Below the pieces are notes generated by a model that saw nothing but the letters and a program-made list of their open reading frames with translations, ran no database searches and was not told the origin of the DNA. From IMG/VR virus record IMGVR_UViG_3300006029_000036, positions 1 through 32,398 of that record: a DNA stretch of 32,398 bases; one strand, 5' to 3'. Within the stretch, counting starts at the first letter, position 1. Every line of letters begins with the position of its first letter. The position numbers and the translations under genes were made by a program. Of the stretch, positions 26,113 to 32,398 are shown one piece after another. The DNA is from a virus. Taxonomy: Duplodnaviria; Caudoviricetes.

Positions 26113-27177
26113 TTAACGTATTGGATTAAATGTAGGATTTAACATTGCCATTTGTCTTTGATAGTTTATGTCGTTATCAAAGTTTGCTAGTTCTGTAAAA
26201 TAAGGAGTCATTGCATCTCCTGCTGCTCCAAAAGAACTTCCTGCTTTTTGATATGAAGTATTAATATTATTCCATGTAGCTGCATCTAATGGTTGTTGAG
26301 TTGTTTGAGACATAAACTGCCCCATATTTATATGTTGTACTTTGTGAGTTGGAGAATCTCCCATAAGTTTTCTAGTAGTTAAACCACTAGCAGCTTGTAA
26401 GCCTCCTTGTTTTACAGCCTCTCCTAAAGCCTGTCCAGGATTTTTAAGTGTCTCTGTAAAATCTTCTAGTTGACTTGAAAAATAATCTTTTGTTTTTTCT
26501 CCTAAAGTTTTTTTAGTAGCTTCCTCTGTACCGAAAGTTAATGTTTCTTTTGTAGGAAAAAGTTCTGTATTTAATATATCATTAACATCTTGTACTGGAG
26601 CTAATACTCTATCCGTAGCTATTGTATCTCGACCTAATAAAGATGGTGTATTTGAAGGAGGTGTTAAAGAAGCAGGACTTGCATCTATTGTACTAGAAAA
26701 TACATCTCCTTTAATATCAGAAACATCAGGAATATCTGGACCAAATTTTGCTGCAGTTTCTGGAGTAACTGTTCCGGGAACAGGAATATCTTTAGCGGAT
26801 ACACCACCAAATATAGATGTTCTATCTCCACTTAAACTAAATCCTTTACCTTTAGTAAAGTTCATAACTCTATCCACACCATTACCAATTGCTTGTGTAA
26901 TTGTATTATAAGCTCCTTGCCCTGCAGTCTTAATAGCATTAAAAGCTTTTGCCATATTTGGAGCTACTTTAGACACCCAACCTCCAATTGCTCCCGGTAG
27001 TCCACTAAAAAATTTACTAATAACAGGAGGTATACCAATAAACATTAAAGCTAATTGTCCTATTGGTCCAATCTTACCAATAGCACCTAAAAGTTTTTTA
27101 CCTATTTTTTTAATACCTTTACCTATTTTCTTAGCAACTTTCTTGATGCCTTTAAAAACTTTACTAAAAATTCCCAT
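26113..27177 (-). CDS. putative internal virion / ejected protein
   Basis: Amphipathic basic N-terminus (GIFSKVFKGIKKVAKKIGKG) then a Gly-rich hydrophobic segment; AAGGAG RBS. Confidence 0.55.
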   Translation of the reverse strand: MGIFSKVFKGIKKVAKKIGKGIKKIGKKLLGAIGKIGPIGQLALMFIGIPPVISKFFSGLPGAIGGWVSKVAPNMAKAFNAIKTAGQGAYNTITQAIGNGVDRVMNFTKGKGFSLSGDRTSIFGGVSAKDIPVPGTVTPETAAKFGPDIPDVSDIKGDVFSSTIDASPASLTPPSNTPSLLGRDTIATDRVLAPVQDVNDILNTELFPTKETLTFGTEEATKKTLGEKTKDYFSSQLEDFTETLKNPGQALGEAVKQGGLQAASGLTTRKLMGDSPTHKVQHINMGQFMSQTTQQPLDAATWNNINTSYQKAGSSFGAAGDAMTPYFTELANFDNDINYQRQMAMLNPTFNPIR

Positions 27178-27186
27178 ACTATCTCC

Positions 27187-29799
27187 TTATCCTATTCCAA
27201 ATATTTTATCTACTGTATCTGCTACATTATTATAATTACTAGACCAATTTTTAGCTGCATCACCTTCAGAACTAGCAGCAGCTATCATAGCATTATTTTT
27301 TCTTGTTGCTGTATTATCAGCCCATTGAAAATCAAAAGATGCTTGGTCACGTAATTCTTGCCATAAAAACGATTGAGCTGCTTGAGTTAAACCAAAAGCA
27401 TTCTGTACGTTTTGTTGATTAACTGCATTAGCTGCAGCAGTATCTGCTAGATTAGCTTTTCTTCTCCAATTTACATTAGAGTTTTGAACTGCTTGTTGAT
27501 TAGCAGCGTTCCATTGGTCTTTTTGAAAATCTAACTGAGCATTAAATTGTTTTGTTTGATTTACTATTGCAGCATTAGCTTTATTAATATCTGCTTCTAT
27601 ACCAACTCTTCGAGCCTCTGCAGCATTTTGTTGCTGTGTATTAAACTGAGAAGTAGCATTAGCTTGAGCAGTATTAAATTGATTAACCTGATTATTTAAA
27701 CTAGCCATAAACTGTTGTGTTTGATTCTCACTAGCTGAATTAAATTGTCTAGAAGCATTTTCAGCCGATTGATTACTTAATAATGTTTGTTGTTGGAATT
27801 GACTTTTTAAAACATTTGCTTGTTGCTCATTATTTAAATTAGACATATCTGTTGTTAAAAAAGCTTGAGCATTTTGTATTTGAGATTTTTGATAAAAATC
27901 TGCTTCAGCTAAATTAGCTTGTGACATTAGTAATGCATTTTGTACTGCAGCTTGTTGGTCATTATTAGCTTCTGTTAAACCTACAGTTTGTAAAAATTTA
28001 CTATTAGACAAAGCAATTTGTTGGTCAGAGTTAAATTGAGCCATGTCCATGTTAAAAACATTCTGAGCATTTTGTGATGCTGTCTGTTGTTGTCTTTGAG
28101 CATTGGCTTCATTAGCAGCAGCTTCTATATTTTTTTGTTGGCTAACACTTGCCTGTATAGCCTGTGCATTGCTTTGAGCAATTGGCATAGCTGCTTGTAT
28201 AATAGAATTAAATAAACTATCTCTACCAACTGTTGAAGCACTTAAACCTCTTGAAGCTAACATTTGTTCTACTTGCGATACTGCCGGTCCTGCCCAAACA
28301 GGAATATTTCCGTCTTCCATTCCTTCTAGCAAACCATTAATTTGTGTAGAAATTAAAGCTTCTTCTGGAAGACCTTCAATAATTCCTCTTTCTGATTCAC
28401 TAAAATCAGCTAATTTATCTTCTAAAGCTGCAGGGTCGTTACCAATTTCTTGTATTTGTTCTTCACTTAAACCTGCTTTAGTTAATTGTTTTTTAGCTCT
28501 AGTAATTCTAGATAAACTTGTTCCTGCATTAATTGCAGCATTAGCTTTAGCTCCTTCACTAATTTGTCCTATAACTCTTTCTGTTAATGCTCCTTCAGGA
28601 ATATCAACATCAACTCCTTCAATAGGAGAAACTCTATCAACATTAGCAGCTTTAGCTAATGATTCTTTTCTTACTTCTCCTTCGGCTGCTTGAACCTCTG
28701 GAGACTCTGTAACTTTTTCAGCTTGCATTTTAGCTGCTTCAATAACTTCAGGACGTTCAGCCTGTGAAGCTTCCATTTGTGCTACTTTTTCTGGAGTTAC
28801 ATTTTTAATTTTTTCTGCTTCTATTGCCGTAAGCTCTCCCATCTGTACAGCTTCATCAATGTATTCTTCACCCTTTGCAGTTTTAACAAGTTCTTGTTTA
28901 GGTATCATACCTTCAGGTATTTCACCTGCAGCTAGTTGTTCTGCAGTTTGACCTGTACGAATAATTCTTTCACCACGTTCTTTTTCAAATTGTTCTTGTT
29001 TGTCAGGAAGTCCACTTGTTACTTCATCGTCTCCGTCTTTCATATCATCACCTTTCTGCCAACTAAAATAATCTGAAGATTTACTATTGGCTTCGCCTTG
29101 TGTTAAAAATACTTGGTTTCTAAATTCTTTGGGTACTCTACTCCATCCTTTATTTGTTGAGCCAACTGTACCATCTGGTTGAACCCAATAAAAATTCATA
29201 GACTCAACTCTTTCTCCACCTGCAATTCTCTTACCTAAGTCTGATTGACCTGCTAATGGGTTGCTCGGATTAGCTAGATAATAATCTTGTAAGGCAATTT
29301 CATTTTTTACTTTTGCTGTAATATTTGTTATTAGACTATTTCCTGATTTCATTTTAGGAGGAAGAGGTCGTACAGTTTCAACTTTTTCAGACTGTGCTTT
29401 GTCTACTGTTACTTGTGGTTCTTTAGTGGCAATAGGAGGTTGTTGTGTTTTAATACCTACATTTTTTTCTACAGGAGCTTTTTTAGCAACAGGAGTAGGA
29501 GCAGGACTAGGAGCAGGACTAGGTGCAGGTGTAGGTGTAGGTGTAGGTGTAACTACCGGAGCTTCCTTTTCTTTACCAACTGTTGTTTGCTCTATTGGAG
29601 GTTTAGCTTTAGCCATAGAAGCATTAACAGACTTTTGAATTTCTTCTTGTGAAGGCATTTTAAAGTTAGTAGGTAATTTAAAATTTCCTATGTTACCGAA
29701 CCCTCCACCACCAAAAGCTGTTACACGACCACCAGTACGATAGTCAGCACGACTTCCCATGTAGTGTTTTAGTCTTGTACTATTTCTATTTTTTCTCAT
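27187..29799 (-). CDS. Q/N/A-rich coiled-coil virion protein (putative ejection/pilot protein)
   Basis: 870 aa; Pro-rich N-terminal part, acidic middle, C-terminal QFN-repeat helical region; GAGG RBS. Confidence 0.55.
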   Translation of the reverse strand: MRKNRNSTRLKHYMGSRADYRTGGRVTAFGGGGFGNIGNFKLPTNFKMPSQEEIQKSVNASMAKAKPPIEQTTVGKEKEAPVVTPTPTPTPAPSPAPSPAPTPVAKKAPVEKNVGIKTQQPPIATKEPQVTVDKAQSEKVETVRPLPPKMKSGNSLITNITAKVKNEIALQDYYLANPSNPLAGQSDLGKRIAGGERVESMNFYWVQPDGTVGSTNKGWSRVPKEFRNQVFLTQGEANSKSSDYFSWQKGDDMKDGDDEVTSGLPDKQEQFEKERGERIIRTGQTAEQLAAGEIPEGMIPKQELVKTAKGEEYIDEAVQMGELTAIEAEKIKNVTPEKVAQMEASQAERPEVIEAAKMQAEKVTESPEVQAAEGEVRKESLAKAANVDRVSPIEGVDVDIPEGALTERVIGQISEGAKANAAINAGTSLSRITRAKKQLTKAGLSEEQIQEIGNDPAALEDKLADFSESERGIIEGLPEEALISTQINGLLEGMEDGNIPVWAGPAVSQVEQMLASRGLSASTVGRDSLFNSIIQAAMPIAQSNAQAIQASVSQQKNIEAAANEANAQRQQQTASQNAQNVFNMDMAQFNSDQQIALSNSKFLQTVGLTEANNDQQAAVQNALLMSQANLAEADFYQKSQIQNAQAFLTTDMSNLNNEQQANVLKSQFQQQTLLSNQSAENASRQFNSASENQTQQFMASLNNQVNQFNTAQANATSQFNTQQQNAAEARRVGIEADINKANAAIVNQTKQFNAQLDFQKDQWNAANQQAVQNSNVNWRRKANLADTAAANAVNQQNVQNAFGLTQAAQSFLWQELRDQASFDFQWADNTATRKNNAMIAAASSEGDAAKNWSSNYNNVADTVDKIFGIG
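29491..29550. repeat. coding microsatellite (PT)n/(PAPS)n linker
   Basis: (AGGTGT)x4 at 29527-29550 plus a 12-bp GGAGCAGGACTA duplication. Confidence 0.85.
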
Positions 29800-30041
29800 T
29801 ATTTAACCTCGAAAAGCTTGTCAAGTTTTTCTTCAATCTTATCCAACGTATCAAACACACGAGCCATATCATCTTTAACTTCTTGTTTAGTTACGTATTC
29901 TTTTGCCATTTCTTCTCTTGTTTTATTTAAAAGTATGTCGAGTCTTTTAATCTCTGCTGTGTTCTCACGAATGCTGTAAAGTATAGGAGCAACTACTAGG
30001 GTAAGAATTATATTCCATAACCAATGTGCAGTAAACTCCAT
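29799..30041 (-). CDS. small TM plus coiled-coil protein (holin-like)
   Basis: WLWNIILTLVVAPILY then TREE...YVTK...LDKIEEKLDKL. Confidence 0.6.
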   Translation of the reverse strand: MEFTAHWLWNIILTLVVAPILYSIRENTAEIKRLDILLNKTREEMAKEYVTKQEVKDDMARVFDTLDKIEEKLDKLFEVK

Positions 30042-30047
30042 AGGTCT

Positions 30048-30158
30048 TTATTTCTTTTTAAGTTTTGATTTAATTAATTCAATCCACTCTGGTCTTTGTG
30101 AAGATACTACAAAGTATGCGACACCACTAAGTATTAAAAATATTACTAATGTTTCCAT
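30048..30158 (-). CDS. 36-aa membrane peptide (not in ORF track)
   Basis: METLVIFLILSGVAYFVVSSQRPEWIELIKSKLKKK; AAGGAG RBS. Confidence 0.65.
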   Translation of the reverse strand: METLVIFLILSGVAYFVVSSQRPEWIELIKSKLKKK

Positions 30159-30172
30159 GTTTTACTCCTTAA

Positions 30173-30457
30173 TTAGTTTGCTGCTATATAAGCTTTACCA
30201 GTTGTTACTGCACCTGTGTAAGCTGTTTTGCTATCACTAGAGCCTTTAACATCAGGGTCTGTGTATTCTAAGATAGTTTCTAAGTGGTCAACATTACGTT
30301 GTACTGTAGAATTTATATCAGCCTGTGACATCTCTGTATCTGCTTCTGATGAACCACCAACATACGTTGATTTCTTACCATTCGTATTGATGTCGTTAAT
30401 AACTGTTACGCTATCTGTTGCTGCTGTTAGCACTTCTGCTACTGTTTGTTCAGCCAT
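30173..30457 (-). CDS. hypothetical tail-fibre-associated protein
   Basis: 94-aa ORF directly after the tail fibre gene; GGAG RBS. Confidence 0.6.
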   Translation of the reverse strand: MAEQTVAEVLTAATDSVTVINDINTNGKKSTYVGGSSEADTEMSQADINSTVQRNVDHLETILEYTDPDVKGSSDSKTAYTGAVTTGKAYIAAN

Positions 30458-30458
30458 A

Positions 30459-32396
30459 TTATTCTCCGTTTAATTTATTTTCTAATTCTTCGACTTTTGC
30501 CGAAAGTTCTTGTATTGCTTTTACTAAAACAGGTACTAATGCTGATGGTGCTGCTGCTAAAACTCCATCATCTCTATTCTTTATCAAACCTAAACCATTT
30601 TTAACTTCGGTGTGGTTTGTAAGCACTTCTTGTACTTCTTGAGCTATAAAGCCATGATAAGTATGGTCTTCTTCGCCATGTATTCTTTCATTAGAGTCTT
30701 CATAGTAATTTTCTAACTCAGGAGAAATATCTTTTTTCTTTCTCCAATCAAATGTTCTTACTCGTAAATCATTAAGGAACGATAATCCCGCTTCAGAGTC
30801 ATTTATATTTTCTTTAAGTCTTTCATCAGACGATGCAGCCCACGATGTATCTGAACCATTTAAATCTAATTCAGCTTTATTACTTGAAATACCAATAGTT
30901 ATTCTGTCATTAGCTGTGCCAGTTGCGTTTCTTCCGATAACTATTCTATCAACACTACCTGAAGCTCCAGAACTTGCATCTCCTCCTATAACTACGTTAT
31001 CACTTCCAGTAGTAAGCTCATTTCCTGCGGCATTTCCAAGACAAACATTTTCATTGCCTGTGGTTATTGCTGAACCCGCATTATAACCTACAGCAGTATT
31101 TCTGGAAGCTGTGGTGAGTACCCGTAAAGCATATAACCCATGAGCAGTATTTTGGTCTCCTGTGGTATTTGTCTGTAAAGATTTATAGCCAGTAGCTGTG
31201 TTAGATGCACCTGTGGTGTTTGCTTCTAAAGCAGCATGACCTACTGCAGTATTACCGTCTGCTGTGGTGTTTGCGGATAAAGTGTTGTTTCCTACAGCAA
31301 CATTAGTAACTCCCGTAGTATTAGCGTCTAAGGCTAAAGCACCAACCGCCACGTTAGAAGCACCTGTAGTGTTTGCATTTAAAGCAAAATCACCGACAGC
31401 AGTATTGTTATCGGCTGTTGTATTTTGTTTAAGAGCCTGTTCGCCAACAGCCACATTATTATCACCAGTTGTATTGTATTGTAATGACTCTCTACCTACT
31501 CCTACGTTACCTGCTCCTGTAGTGTTTGTAGTTAGAGCAGCTTGTCCTACTGCTGTATTTTCTCCGCCTGTTGTATTTGCATCTAAAGCTGTTGCACCTA
31601 CAGCTACATTTTGACCACCTGTAGTGTTTGCTAATAAAGCACTTCTACCAATTCCAGTATTGTTAGAAGCTGTTGTATTTGATGCTAATGAGCTTCTACC
31701 AACTGCTGTGTTAGCAGCACCAGTCGTGTTTGCTAATAAAGATGATTGACCTACAGCAACATTTCCACCTGCTGTGGTATTAGCACTTAAAGCACCTTGA
31801 CCTAGTGCTGTATTTTCATCTCCTGTAGTATTAGCGTCAAGAGCTTCTTTACCAACTGCTGTATTATTTGCTCCTGTAGTGTTGGCTGTTAAAGCATCCC
31901 TACCAACTGCTGTATTACTAGATGCTGTTGTATTAGCTGCTAGTGCATCTTTTCCTACAGCAGTATTGTAATAACCTGTAGTGTTTGCCGCTAAAGCACT
32001 TTTGCCAACTGCTGTATTTTCATCTGCGGTTGTATTATTTGTAAGTGCTTCTTGTCCTACTGCTGTGTTACTACCGCCTGTCGTATTAGATTCTAATGAA
32101 TTTGAACCTAATGCAGAATTTAAAGCACCAGTTGTATTTGCTCCTAGAGCAGCATAACCAACAGCAGCATTAGCATTAGCTGTGGTATTTGCATCTAAAG
32201 CATCTTTACCAACAGCTACATTGTTAGCACCTGTAGTGTTTGCTTTCAACGCTCTGTCACCAACTGCTGTATTGTTTGCACCAGTCGTAGTAGCAGTTAA
32301 AGCACTATTACCCATCGCTACGTTTCTGTCCGCAGTAGTATTGGCTGATAAAGCAAAATAACCAAAAGCAGTATTGTAGTTGCCTGTAGTATTGGC
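30459..32396 (-). CDS. tail fibre with YadA-head-like 14-aa repeats and C-terminal peptidase S74 chaperone (5' truncated)
   Basis: Frame open to the window edge; repeats TTGxxNTAVGxxAL; SSDERLKENI...GFIAQEV...LVKAIQEL. Confidence 0.85.
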   Translation of the reverse strand, partial: ANTTGNYNTAFGYFALSANTTADRNVAMGNSALTATTTGANNTAVGDRALKANTTGANNVAVGKDALDANTTANANAAVGYAALGANTTGALNSALGSNSLESNTTGGSNTAVGQEALTNNTTADENTAVGKSALAANTTGYYNTAVGKDALAANTTASSNTAVGRDALTANTTGANNTAVGKEALDANTTGDENTALGQGALSANTTAGGNVAVGQSSLLANTTGAANTAVGRSSLASNTTASNNTGIGRSALLANTTGGQNVAVGATALDANTTGGENTAVGQAALTTNTTGAGNVGVGRESLQYNTTGDNNVAVGEQALKQNTTADNNTAVGDFALNANTTGASNVAVGALALDANTTGVTNVAVGNNTLSANTTADGNTAVGHAALEANTTGASNTATGYKSLQTNTTGDQNTAHGLYALRVLTTASRNTAVGYNAGSAITTGNENVCLGNAAGNELTTGSDNVVIGGDASSGASGSVDRIVIGRNATGTANDRITIGISSNKAELDLNGSDTSWAASSDERLKENINDSEAGLSFLNDLRVRTFDWRKKKDISPELENYYEDSNERIHGEEDHTYHGFIAQEVQEVLTNHTEVKNGLGLIKNRDDGVLAAAPSALVPVLVKAIQELSAKVEELENKLNGE

Positions 32397-32398
32397 AT
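30990..32398 (-). repeat. degenerate 42-bp tandem coding repeat (about 30 units)
   Basis: 14-aa period (NTTG.N.AVG..AL) throughout the tail fibre ORF. Confidence 0.9.

Noticed and set aside
16771-31614. Many + strand ORFs antisense to the late arm (e.g. 17317-17697, 19446-19778, 24680-25009, 31264-31614)
   Set aside because: They mirror well-supported minus-strand genes and have Ser/Phe/Leu-biased antisense composition
30990-32398. 42-bp periodic repeats as a CRISPR array
   Set aside because: The units are degenerate at third codon positions, have no unique spacers and encode an open 14-aa protein repeat
1-32398. tRNA, rRNA, intron/intein or reverse-transcriptase elements
   Set aside because: Intergenic gaps are too short or lack cloverleaf features; polymerase, helicase and RNR are uninterrupted and of ordinary length; no RT motif seen

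Overview
AT-rich fragment of a tailed dsDNA phage genome, probably a marine podovirus-type phage, arranged as two convergent arms. The + arm (1-13875) carries small early ORFs (Gp88-like, DUF3846-like, WYL-like, TonB-C-like) and then a T7-style replication and nucleotide module: SSB, primase-helicase, family A DNA polymerase, PD-(D/E)XK nucleases, endonuclease I-like, DUF3310 and class I ribonucleotide reductase alpha/beta. The - arm (32398-13872) carries a repeat-rich tail fibre with an S74 chaperone, several large putative internal virion proteins and holin-like genes. It ends in the most unusual element: a tightly overlapped cassette of membrane protein, CsgF, CsgG, secreted curlin-like beta-repeat protein, FecR-domain protein and CHASE2 adenylate cyclase, downstream of a consensus sigma70 promoter. 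This looks like a phage-encoded trans-envelope secretion and cAMP signalling system. All family calls come from motif recognition by eye; no database searches were run.
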